64,000 bases of DNA from positions 15,837 to 79,836 of the forward strand of contig JBHGBJ010000004.1 in assembly GCA_041947025.1 (NCBI GenBank), read 5' to 3'. Source of the stretch: Thermodesulfobacteriota bacterium (lineage in GTDB: Bacteria; Desulfobacterota; BSN033; UBA1163). Positions within the stretch are counted from its first letter, which is position 1, and each line of letters opens with the position of its first letter. Below are positions 8,786 through 17,738 of the stretch, piece after piece. Made by a program: the position numbers and the translations under genes. The notes beneath the pieces were generated by a model. The model was given only the letters and a program-made list of their open reading frames with translations. It did not search any database and was not told the DNA's origin.

Positions 8786-10165
8786 ATGAGTAAAGATCTG
8801 CAGAGTTTTATCGCACAGGAAGAAAAGAAACGGCCGGGGTCAATCATCCGTGTCAAGGACCGGATCGATCCGAATAAATTTGAGACCACCGCTTTCCTGA
8901 AACATCTCGATATGAAAGGATTGCGCAAGATGGTTCTCTTCGAAAACGTTCTGACGCTGGGGGGCCAACCCTCTCCTTTCTCGCTTTTTTATAACCCTTT
9001 CATCACCCGCCAGCTCTGCGCCGACGCACTGGGCATGGCTGAGCTCAAATCGGATATGGATCTGAGCCTGGAGTTTGCCAGGCGGGAGCTCCAAAAGGGA
9101 AAACTGAAGACCGTCGCCCCGGAAAAGGCGCCGTGCAAAGAAACGGTGGTCAAAGGCAAGAAGGTGGATCTCAGAACCCTTCCCATGCCCATGCACCACA
9201 AGGATGATGTGGGCCCTTATTTTACGATGACCTGCATCATCAAGAGCTTCGACAGTCAATTCTACGACATCACCTTTACGAAGAATAAGTACATCGATCC
9301 GCAAAAGATGGCGATTTCAGCTCATCCTCACCACCACCTTGAGGCCATGATCCAGGAATACGAAAAAGTGAACCGGCGGACCCCTGTCATTGTCGTCCTC
9401 GGTCAGCACCCTGCCTTTTACCTCTCGAGTTGCTGCATGACCTCTTTTGGCAACAACGATTACGAGACTGCCTCCGCCTTCCTCCAGGAGCCTCTGAGGC
9501 TCGTTCCTTCCGAGACCTGGGGAGAAAAATTTCTCGTCCCTGCAGATTCCGAGGTCGTGATCGAAGGAGAAATACCGCCCCATGTCAGGGAATCACAGAA
9601 CCCCTTTGGAGAAATCCTGGGCTATTACCAGCGGGAGATGAAGGTGCCGGTGATTGAGGTGACGGCGATCACCTCCCGGAAAAATGGCGTCATGCAGGAT
9701 ATCTGGCCAGGCCAGATGGATCACTGGAATCTGGGCGGAATACCCAAAGAAGGAAGCATCTTTAATGTGATCAAAAAGAACATTCCCGGAATTCAAGCGG
9801 TTCACCTTTCTCATTCGGGCTGCGGCAGAGTGATCGCTTACATCGCCATCAAGAAAGAGTTTGATAACGACCCCCGAAAGGCGGCCATGCAGGCCTTTGT
9901 GGAGATGCCCAACCTCAAATTGGCCGTGGTTGTGGACGAGGATATCGATGTCTTCAATGAGCGCGAAGTGATGTGGGCAGTGGGAACCCGGACCTACTGG
10001 GATAAGAATCTGGAGGTGATCCGTAAAGTCCAGAGCGTCCGGCCCTACCTGGGAGACGCGGTCGCCATCATCGATGCGACGATACCTCTGAAAGGCGATT
10101 TTCCCAAGAAGAACGAAGTGCCCCAGGAGGCCATGGACCGCGTCGACATCAGTAAATACATCTAA
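8786..10165 (+). CDS. UbiD-family (prFMN-dependent) decarboxylase, divergent
   Basis: DLRTLP...H.DD.GPYFT, VPADSEVVIEG, PFGE..GYY, VVDEDIDV, IIDAT. AGGAGG RBS. Confidence 0.9.
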   Translation: MSKDLQSFIAQEEKKRPGSIIRVKDRIDPNKFETTAFLKHLDMKGLRKMVLFENVLTLGGQPSPFSLFYNPFITRQLCADALGMAELKSDMDLSLEFARRELQKGKLKTVAPEKAPCKETVVKGKKVDLRTLPMPMHHKDDVGPYFTMTCIIKSFDSQFYDITFTKNKYIDPQKMAISAHPHHHLEAMIQEYEKVNRRTPVIVVLGQHPAFYLSSCCMTSFGNNDYETASAFLQEPLRLVPSETWGEKFLVPADSEVVIEGEIPPHVRESQNPFGEILGYYQREMKVPVIEVTAITSRKNGVMQDIWPGQMDHWNLGGIPKEGSIFNVIKKNIPGIQAVHLSHSGCGRVIAYIAIKKEFDNDPRKAAMQAFVEMPNLKLAVVVDEDIDVFNEREVMWAVGTRTYWDKNLEVIRKVQSVRPYLGDAVAIIDATIPLKGDFPKKNEVPQEAMDRVDISKYI

Positions 10166-10878
10166 CCCTTCTTTTCGGCGCTGCTTCGTCTGATCTTAAA
10201 CCGTTTGGAAAGGGGACGTCTTCTGAGGAGGACATAGGTTGCCCCTGCGCCGCCGTCGCAGCGCCTTGCGCTCGAATAGGCGACCACCCATTTTCGCCAC
10301 GGGCCGTGGGTCAACCACTCGATCACCTTTTTCTTTAGGACCGGCTCTGAAGGCGAGGATAGCCCGCGACCATGGACGATGAGAACACCCCTCTTGCCGG
10401 CAGTCACCGCCCATTTTAAAAACTTCTCAAAGACTTCCCTGGCATCCTCCGCATATAAGCCGTGAAGGTCCACATAGGCTTGAATCGAGAAATCTCCCTG
10501 ATGAAGCCGCTTTGCAATCGATGGATGGACATGATACCCCGTGCCTTCGATATATTCAGGTGTATCGGAAACATTAAAGCCCTCTCCAAATCTCACAAGA
10601 TTCTTAAGCTTCTTCAAAATCTCAAGATCTTCGCTGTCTCGGGTACCTTCCGGCAGCTCGATCTGGAAGACCCTCTCAACCGTCTTATCCCTTGAGATCG
10701 GTTTCACCCCGTCCATCGCCTCCTTAAAAAGCTCTTCCTCCGATTTGGTAGGGGGCTTGGGATCACGATCGGGCATATCCGCATGGCGACGCTCAGGAAT
10801 AGAGAAGGACTCGTCTTTGAGCAGGGCTTTCAGGTCTTGGAAGGACTTGGTGGTAATTGAAGATTTTTTGGACTTCAT
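10162..10878 (-). CDS. Smr/MutS2 domain protein
   Basis: VDLHG, LIVHGRG.SS, PVLKKKV and DGGAGATYVLL. Confidence 0.92.
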   Translation of the reverse strand: MKSKKSSITTKSFQDLKALLKDESFSIPERRHADMPDRDPKPPTKSEEELFKEAMDGVKPISRDKTVERVFQIELPEGTRDSEDLEILKKLKNLVRFGEGFNVSDTPEYIEGTGYHVHPSIAKRLHQGDFSIQAYVDLHGLYAEDAREVFEKFLKWAVTAGKRGVLIVHGRGLSSPSEPVLKKKVIEWLTHGPWRKWVVAYSSARRCDGGAGATYVLLRRRPLSKRFKIRRSSAEKKG

Positions 10879-11293
10879 AAAAAACCTTCATCCGTCGAAG
10901 AGGCAAAGAACAGAGCTAAATAATTCTAAACAAAAATAGACCGAATATCAAACTTTCTCCCCTTTAGGTCCTAATCCCTCGCTCTCCGGTGGTATCTTGA
11001 GGAGATCTGGCAGGGATGTTAGAGAAAATCTTATAGTGGTAACCTTGGCTTGTCCCAAAACTGACAAACCCGAACCAACGACGCAAGGAAAGTCCTATCG
11101 ATGGAGAACATTACCCATCCCCTTGAAATTTGAACTGTCCGCTTGATAAGATTTTCGGAAACAATCCTGCCGGATCGATGGACCTCATCCAAGCTTGAGT
11201 GAATTATTCTTTCATTGAAATTTTTGGAACTTTTTTCTCTCTCCTGTGTCTATTGACTCAACTGCAGAAACTCAAAAAAAGGAGGAAGCCCAC

Positions 11294-13639
11294 ATGTCTA
11301 TCAAAAGGAAGACCATTGTTCTTTTCGTCCTTTTATTGCTCATGCTCAGCGCGGCAGAGGGTATAGGAAACCCGATGGAGGAGGCTGACAAAACACTCTC
11401 TCCCTATTTCCTCGTCAAGAGTGATGATCCGAGCCTGGATCAACTGCCCCTGAAATCGACATCGGCAGATGTGAAAGTGGCAGGAGTGATCGCGGATGTC
11501 ACGGTGACACAGGTCTATAAGAACGAAGGGAAAAAGCCTTTGGAAGCGATCTATGTCTTTCCTGCATCGACACGGGCAGCCGTCTATGGAATGAAAATGG
11601 TCATCGGAAAGAGGACGATCGTTGCCAAGATTGAGGAAAGAGAGGAAGCGCGCCGCCAATACGAGCAGGCAAAAAAGGAGGGGAAGAGTGCCTCTCTCCT
11701 GGAGCAGCAGCGGCCCAATGTCTTCCAGATGAATGTTGCCAATGTCCTGCCCGGGGACGTCATCCAGGTGGAGCTGAAATATACCGAGTTCCTTGTCCCA
11801 ACCCATGGCCTTTATGAATTCGCTTACCCGACCGTGGTAGGCCCCCGTTATTCGAACCAGCCCGAAGCAACCGCTCCCTCTTCTGCCAAATGGGTGGAAA
11901 ACCCTTACCTTCATCAGGGAGAATCTCCTTCTTACACCTTTGGGATCTCAATCAACCTTGCTGCCGGTCTCCCCATCCAGAGCATCACCTCTTCTTCACA
12001 CAAGGTGGATGTCCGATATGACGGAACATCCCATGCCCTGATCAACCTTGATCCGTCCGAAAAAAATAGCGGGAATCGGGATTTTATCCTGAAGTACCAG
12101 CTCGCAGGAAAAAAGATCGAATCCGGGGTCCTTCTCTTCGAAGGGAAGAAAGAGAATTTCTTCCTCCTCCTGTTTCAGCCTCCGAAAAGGGTCTCACTCA
12201 GCCAGATTCCACCCCGTGAGTATATCTTCATCGTCGATGTTTCCGGCTCCATGTACGGATTTCCTCTGGACACGTCCAAAAAGCTGCTCAAAGATCTTAT
12301 CGGCAACCTCCGTCCGAAAGATAAATTCAACGTGCTCCTTTTTTCAGGCGGCTCCTCCCTCATGGCAGAAGAGTCTCTGTCTGCCACTCCCGAGAACATT
12401 CATCATGCAATCAATCTGATTGATCGGCAGAAGGGCGGAGGCGGGACAGAACTCCTTCCGGCCCTGAGACGGGCCCTATCGATCCCTCGACCCGAAGGAT
12501 ACTCCCGAACATTCATCATCGCCACGGACGGTTACGTAACGGTTGAAGAAAAGGTCTTCGATCTCATCCGCAAAAATCTCGGCAATGCCAATCTGTTCAC
12601 ATTCGGGATCGGCTCGGCTGTGAATCGTCATCTGATCGAAGGGATGGCCCGGGTTGGAATGGGAGACCCCTTTGTCGTCACCAAACCCCAGGAGGCTCGA
12701 GAGAAGGCTGAAGAATTAAGAAAGGCGATTGAGTCCCCGGTGCTGACAAACATCAAGATAGACTTCGGAAAGTTCGATGCTTACGATGTGGAGCCCCTCA
12801 GCATCCCTGACCTGTTTGCTGAAAGACCTGTCATCGTCTTCGGGAAATGGCGTGGCAAGCCTGCCGGCGAAATCACTCTCCGGGGGACGACGAGCAACGG
12901 TCCCTATCTTCATACGATTGAGATCGGGAGAGAAAAACCTCTTGAAACCAACTCTGCACTTCAATATCTCTGGGCACGACATCGCATTGCTCTTCTCTCC
13001 GACTACAACATCCTCCGACAAGACGCCGAACGTGTCAAGAAAGTGACGCAGTTGGGTCTCACTTATAATCTGCTGACCGCTTACACGTCCTTTGCCGCCA
13101 TTGATTCGGAGGTTCGAGTGGCCGACGGTCAACCGGTCACAGTGAAACAACCCCTGCCGCTGCCCCAAGGCGTCTCAGATTATGCGGTCGGAAATCAATT
13201 CTTTGCCAAGAGTGCTAAGACTGCGGCGCCTCCCGTGGCCTACCTCGGTGACTTCTCCGTGGCCGAAATGTCTCTTCCGAAGAAGGAGTCCAGGTCTGCA
13301 AATCTCACACGGGCTACGATTGACCTGAGGGACGTCTCCACGACTGGTCGTTTGTCAAAGGAATCTGTCCTGAAAGTGGTGCGAGCTGAGATCCCATCGA
13401 TGGAGTCGTGCTATCAATCCGCATTGAAATCGAAATCGGACATCGAAGGTGAGGTGGTCCTCCAAATCAACATCGACTCAAATGGCCGGGTTTCAAGGGT
13501 CAGTTTGATTTCAAGTAAAATAAATGATAAGCTTCTTGAGCGATCAATCATTCAAAAGATTAAGGAGTTGGCCTTTCCTCCATCGGGAGGCTCCGAGAAG
13601 GTGACCCTCTCTCTTTTGTTGAAGTTGAAAGCATCCTGA
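11294..13639 (+). CDS. secreted VIT + vWA domain protein with a C-terminal TonB_C-like (AgmX/PglI-type) domain
   Basis: Signal peptide; VIT (VTQVYKN..LEAIYVFP); MIDAS DVSGSM, GGGTEL, TDG; C-terminal CYQSAL...GEVVLQINIDSNGRV...FP. Confidence 0.88.
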   Translation: MSIKRKTIVLFVLLLLMLSAAEGIGNPMEEADKTLSPYFLVKSDDPSLDQLPLKSTSADVKVAGVIADVTVTQVYKNEGKKPLEAIYVFPASTRAAVYGMKMVIGKRTIVAKIEEREEARRQYEQAKKEGKSASLLEQQRPNVFQMNVANVLPGDVIQVELKYTEFLVPTHGLYEFAYPTVVGPRYSNQPEATAPSSAKWVENPYLHQGESPSYTFGISINLAAGLPIQSITSSSHKVDVRYDGTSHALINLDPSEKNSGNRDFILKYQLAGKKIESGVLLFEGKKENFFLLLFQPPKRVSLSQIPPREYIFIVDVSGSMYGFPLDTSKKLLKDLIGNLRPKDKFNVLLFSGGSSLMAEESLSATPENIHHAINLIDRQKGGGGTELLPALRRALSIPRPEGYSRTFIIATDGYVTVEEKVFDLIRKNLGNANLFTFGIGSAVNRHLIEGMARVGMGDPFVVTKPQEAREKAEELRKAIESPVLTNIKIDFGKFDAYDVEPLSIPDLFAERPVIVFGKWRGKPAGEITLRGTTSNGPYLHTIEIGREKPLETNSALQYLWARHRIALLSDYNILRQDAERVKKVTQLGLTYNLLTAYTSFAAIDSEVRVADGQPVTVKQPLPLPQGVSDYAVGNQFFAKSAKTAAPPVAYLGDFSVAEMSLPKKESRSANLTRATIDLRDVSTTGRLSKESVLKVVRAEIPSMESCYQSALKSKSDIEGEVVLQINIDSNGRVSRVSLISSKINDKLLERSIIQKIKELAFPPSGGSEKVTLSLLLKLKAS

Positions 13640-13823
13640 TTCAAACGCCTGCGGGACAAAAAATATGACGGTCGGGTGACAATTAATGGCTTAGATTGAT
13701 TCTCTAATTGAACACTTGTCCAAAAACATATTAGATTTCAAAGGATTGGATGCCCTTGGTTAAAAGGCACAATCTTTGCTTTCAATGTCGGGAATGGAAA
13801 AAGCTTTAAGGAGAGAGGCCCTC

Positions 13824-14189
13824 ATGGATGAGTCCGAAAGTAATAAAGAAAAGAGAAAAGCTCCAAGGGTTTATATGGACTTTCCTCTCGAATATCGAAT
13901 CTTAAATGCCACTGACGCCTATGGGGGTGTGGTTGTCGATGGCAGCGAGATCGGCCTCCGTATTCATTCCGTCAAGAACCTGCCTGTCGGCACCAAACTG
14001 AATATCGCAGTCATTTTCCCCGAGGATTTCCAGATGACCAATTTCGAAGTCGTTGCTGAAGTCATGTGGAAAGACGTCTACTTGACCGAGGACTGGAACG
14101 GGTATCAGTATGGACTGAAATTTCTTGCCATCAAAGAGGATGATCTTCAGAAACTAAAACAACTCCTGAGCGAACAGTTTCAGACGTAA
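13824..14189 (+). CDS. PilZ domain protein (c-di-GMP receptor)
   Basis: RKAPR (RxxxR), DGSEIG (DxSxxG) and YGLKF. Confidence 0.88.
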   Translation: MDESESNKEKRKAPRVYMDFPLEYRILNATDAYGGVVVDGSEIGLRIHSVKNLPVGTKLNIAVIFPEDFQMTNFEVVAEVMWKDVYLTEDWNGYQYGLKFLAIKEDDLQKLKQLLSEQFQT

Positions 14190-14429
14190 GCCCCGTTAGA
14201 AAAGCCACTATTCTCCAACCTCCCCTCTCTCAGAATTCACTCCGACCGCTCCTCTTTATTCACTTGAAGGAATTCCATATCTTGCGAAGATGAGCAATAT
14301 CCCACTATTGAGGGATTGATTTATTCCTAAAATAAGGATTAAATTGGTACGCAATTATAAATTTCAAATCGTTGAGATAGGGACCGGTAAGGAGATCAGA
14401 GACGTAGAAAGAGGAGAAGAGGGAATTCC

Positions 14430-14448
14430 CAATAATTGTCAATTATTG
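14430..14448. promoter_or_regulatory. 19-bp palindrome, candidate enhancer (UAS) for a sigma-54 activator
   Basis: CAATAATTG-T-CAATTATTG, about 135 bp upstream of the -24/-12 box. Confidence 0.5.
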
Positions 14449-14581
14449 TACAAAAACCAAATTCTTTCCTCTCCTTTCGAAATAGGTCACGACTTCAAGA
14501 TCTTCTGGCCATGTCCGATGAAAATAAATGATTCTAAATAATTACAATATCTTACTCGGGCATAGACCCTTTCTGCACAAG

Positions 14582-14598
14582 TTGGTACAATTTATGCT
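14582..14598 (+). promoter_or_regulatory. sigma-54 (-24/-12) promoter
   Basis: TTGGTACAATTTATGCT has GG-N10-GC spacing and lies upstream of the pilin-like gene. Confidence 0.65.
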
Positions 14599-14721
14599 CA
14601 TGATAAATTATTTGTCAGAAGGAGGGACAGAAGCGTTCTTAGAAAATCCACTTAGAAGTCACTAAGACTTTCCCAATACGGAAAAAATTCGACCTAACCA
14701 GTTATCAGATTCGGTATCTTT

Positions 14722-15225
14722 ATGTTATCCTGGGTTTTCAGATACCTTCCATTCAATCACGGGAGTCAAAAAGGTTCTCAAGCCTGGACCCTCGTGGAAC
14801 TCCTTCTCATGCTGTCAATATTGGGGACCCTCGCCGCAATCGCGGTCCCTACGTATACCGGTTATATCGATAAGGCAAATAATACCAAAGGCCTCGCTGA
14901 TATCCGGGAGATCGAATCGAAGCTGGTCGCCTATCAGGTGGAACACGGATTTCCGCCCGACACCCTTGACCAGGTTGGACTGAGCAATACTTCGGACCCC
15001 TGGAGAAGACCATACCAGTATTTAAGGATCTTGGGAGTCGACCAAAAAGAGGTCAAAGGCAAGTGGAGAAAGGACCGGTTCATGGTTCCGATAAATTCAG
15101 ATTTCGACCTTTACAGCATGGGCAAAGACGGAAAAAGTCGACCTCCTCTTACAGCCAGGGCCAGCCATGATGACATCGTGCGGGCAAATAACGGGGGCTA
15201 TGTTGGCTTGGCATCGGAATTCTGA
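14722..15225 (+). CDS. type IV pilin / GspG-like prepilin protein
   Basis: A|WTLVELLLMLSILGTLAAIAVP methylation-site helix with E5; DPW.RPYQY and FDLYSMGKDG. Confidence 0.88.
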   Translation: MLSWVFRYLPFNHGSQKGSQAWTLVELLLMLSILGTLAAIAVPTYTGYIDKANNTKGLADIREIESKLVAYQVEHGFPPDTLDQVGLSNTSDPWRRPYQYLRILGVDQKEVKGKWRKDRFMVPINSDFDLYSMGKDGKSRPPLTARASHDDIVRANNGGYVGLASEF

Positions 15226-15240
15226 CAGAGGCAGCCACTG

Positions 15241-17361
15241 ATGAAGTTCGATCCGACCTTTCTTCGCAGCAAGGTAGCCCAAAGAATTTTCATCCTCTTC
15301 ATCCTCTGCGCCCTCATTCCTATCACGGCTCTTGCCATCCTTTCCTTCAGCCAAGTGACACAACAGCTCAACGAGCAAAGCAGGGACCAGCTTCGTCATG
15401 CGACCAAAGGTCTGGGTCTGGCCGTCTATGAGCGGTTGCTCACTCTTGAAGACCAGATGAAACTCGTTGCATCCAATATGGCTCTGGGGTCCGGCGCTCC
15501 CCCCCCTGCCTTGCCCTACGACCTGAGCGAGAACCTGAGCGAGCGCTTCAAAGGCTTAGTCCTGATTAAGGGAAACGAAAAACCGTTCCCCTGCTTCGGT
15601 CATATTCAGGACGCACCCGCACTGTCTCCTTCAGAGAAGGACTACCTCCGGGCCGGAAAGACTCTCGTGACGACTCAGTCGAATTCAGGTCTTCCGGCAT
15701 GCATCTTCATGAGTCGGGTCCTCGATCCAAAGGACCCAAAGGCCGGACGTCTGCTCGGACAGATCAATCTCCTCTACTTGTTGGATTTAGATGAGGAGAC
15801 CAGCATACCCCTTATGGCTAAGTTGTCTGTCCTGGATCAGTCAAACAATCCCCTCTATTCTTCACCGGAGGTTGGATCATCAATCCTTCAGCAGGTTGCA
15901 TCGACCCTGCACCGATCCAGTGTTGGACAACTCGAGCTGGAAAAGGATGGAAGCGAATACATCGTGAGCTATTGGACGGTCTTCCTTCAACCAAGGTTTT
16001 TCGTTCCGAAGTGGACAGTGGTTCTAACCGAATCAAAATCAGATGTCCTTGCACCCATGACCCGGTTCACCCGAATCTTCCCTCTGGTTATCCTCTTGTC
16101 TCTGTTGGTGGTGGTCTATCTCAGCGTGATACAGATTCGAAGGAGTCTGATCCCACTGGAGAAACTTCAGGAAGGAACCAAGCAGATCGCAAAGAGTGAT
16201 TTCGAAAGTCCGGTGACGATCCAAAGCGGTGATGAGTTTGAAGACCTCGCCGCATCCTTCAACGCGATGGCGAGCCGATTGGGCAAACAATTTAAGGCAT
16301 TGACCGCGATGTCTGAGATCGACCGGGCAATTCTTTCAACATTGGACACTCGGAAAATTGTGAACACATTGCTCACCCGCATACCCGATGTTTTTCCTTG
16401 CGACTGTGTCAGCGTCACCCTCATTGAACCCGATAACCCCTCTTCAGGACGAATCCATCTTCGAGCGAATAAGCCTTGGAGCGAAATCCGGGTGAAGACG
16501 GTCCGGTTTCAACCGGAGGAGATCAGAAAGATCCATGACTGCGCGGAGAGTTTCTTTGTCACCTATGAAGACCTTCCGGAACACCTCGCCCCCCTGACCG
16601 AATTCGGGACCAAGTCATTCTTAGTCCTGCCCATCTTCATCAAAGATAAAATGGCAGGGATCATCCATCTGGGGTACCTCATCCCACCCGTACTCATTCA
16701 GGACGATCTGGACCAGGTCCGTCGGTTAGCCGACCAAATGGCTGTCGCTTTGTCGAATGCCAGCTTGATCAAGGAATTGAATCAACTCAACCTGGGTACG
16801 CTCATCGCCTTCGCACGCACGATCGATGCCAAGTCTCCCTGGACAGCTGGCCATTCCGAACGGGTGACCAACTTGGCTCTCGAAATCGGTAAGACCCTCG
16901 GGCTTAGCCCGAAGCAACTCGATGTCCTTCATCGAGGCGGACTCCTCCACGATGCGGGCAAGATCGGTATCCCTGCAGAAATCCTCGACAAACCGACAAG
17001 GCTGACGGATGAGGAAAGCCGGATCATGCGCGAACACGTTCGCATCGGTGCCCGTATCCTGGAACCGATTGCCGCCTATGCGGATGTAATGCCAATCGTA
17101 CTGCAACATCATGAATGGTTTGATGGGGGAGGTTACCCTTCCGGCATCTCCGGAGAGACCATCCATTTAAATGCCCGTATCTTTGCAGTGGCTGATTACT
17201 TCGATGCCATGACCTCCGATCGGCCCTACCGGATCGGTATCGACGATAAGGAAACCATTCACACGATCCAGCAAAAGGCGGGCAGCCATTTTGACCCGAA
17301 GGTAGTCGAGGCATTCTTAGAAGTCATGGCACAGCGAGATCGGGAAGGAGGTCGGTCATGA
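15241..17361 (+). CDS. membrane-bound HAMP-GAF-HD-GYP c-di-GMP phosphodiesterase
   Basis: Two TM helices with a periplasmic sensor; HAMP (DEFEDLAASFNAMA); GAF; HSERV, LLHDAGK, HHEWFDGGGYP, DAMTSDRPYR. Confidence 0.93.
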   Translation: MKFDPTFLRSKVAQRIFILFILCALIPITALAILSFSQVTQQLNEQSRDQLRHATKGLGLAVYERLLTLEDQMKLVASNMALGSGAPPPALPYDLSENLSERFKGLVLIKGNEKPFPCFGHIQDAPALSPSEKDYLRAGKTLVTTQSNSGLPACIFMSRVLDPKDPKAGRLLGQINLLYLLDLDEETSIPLMAKLSVLDQSNNPLYSSPEVGSSILQQVASTLHRSSVGQLELEKDGSEYIVSYWTVFLQPRFFVPKWTVVLTESKSDVLAPMTRFTRIFPLVILLSLLVVVYLSVIQIRRSLIPLEKLQEGTKQIAKSDFESPVTIQSGDEFEDLAASFNAMASRLGKQFKALTAMSEIDRAILSTLDTRKIVNTLLTRIPDVFPCDCVSVTLIEPDNPSSGRIHLRANKPWSEIRVKTVRFQPEEIRKIHDCAESFFVTYEDLPEHLAPLTEFGTKSFLVLPIFIKDKMAGIIHLGYLIPPVLIQDDLDQVRRLADQMAVALSNASLIKELNQLNLGTLIAFARTIDAKSPWTAGHSERVTNLALEIGKTLGLSPKQLDVLHRGGLLHDAGKIGIPAEILDKPTRLTDEESRIMREHVRIGARILEPIAAYADVMPIVLQHHEWFDGGGYPSGISGETIHLNARIFAVADYFDAMTSDRPYRIGIDDKETIHTIQQKAGSHFDPKVVEAFLEVMAQRDREGGRS

Positions 17362-17723
17362 GAATGAAGAAAGTTTCAATCTTATTCCTCTCTCTCATGC
17401 TCCTATGCTTCGGACCGCAATGCGGGAAGAACAAGAATGTGCCAGATCATTTGCTCGGCGAGTGGACGACCTCCGACCCCAAATATGAGGACCGTTTTTT
17501 TGAGATCGATCGCGCCACCATTACCTTTGGAGTCGGGGAGGGCCAATCCGATACGCACTCCATTACGAGCATCGAAATCGAAAAAGAATCTTTATATACG
17601 ATCTATTACAAGAATGGAGAGGGACTGGAATCCAAGTTTTCCTTCACCTATCAGCCCACAGGTCAGGGTGAAATCAAATTGAAGAATCAGGATCAGTTCG
17701 TGTGGACGAAAACAAAAAAATAA
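17358..17723 (+). CDS. small exported/lipoprotein-like hypothetical protein
   Basis: ATGA overlap with the upstream stop, GGAGG RBS, hydrophobic signal with Cys, beta-rich body. Confidence 0.75.
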   Translation: MRMKKVSILFLSLMLLCFGPQCGKNKNVPDHLLGEWTTSDPKYEDRFFEIDRATITFGVGEGQSDTHSITSIEIEKESLYTIYYKNGEGLESKFSFTYQPTGQGEIKLKNQDQFVWTKTKK

Positions 17724-17738
17724 TGATATAAATAGATC

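Noticed and set aside
11055-11105. c-di-GMP-I riboswitch-like words (ACAAACC...GACGCAAG)
   Set aside because: No GNRA-capped P2 stem or pairing consistent with the aptamer; would need an Infernal search.
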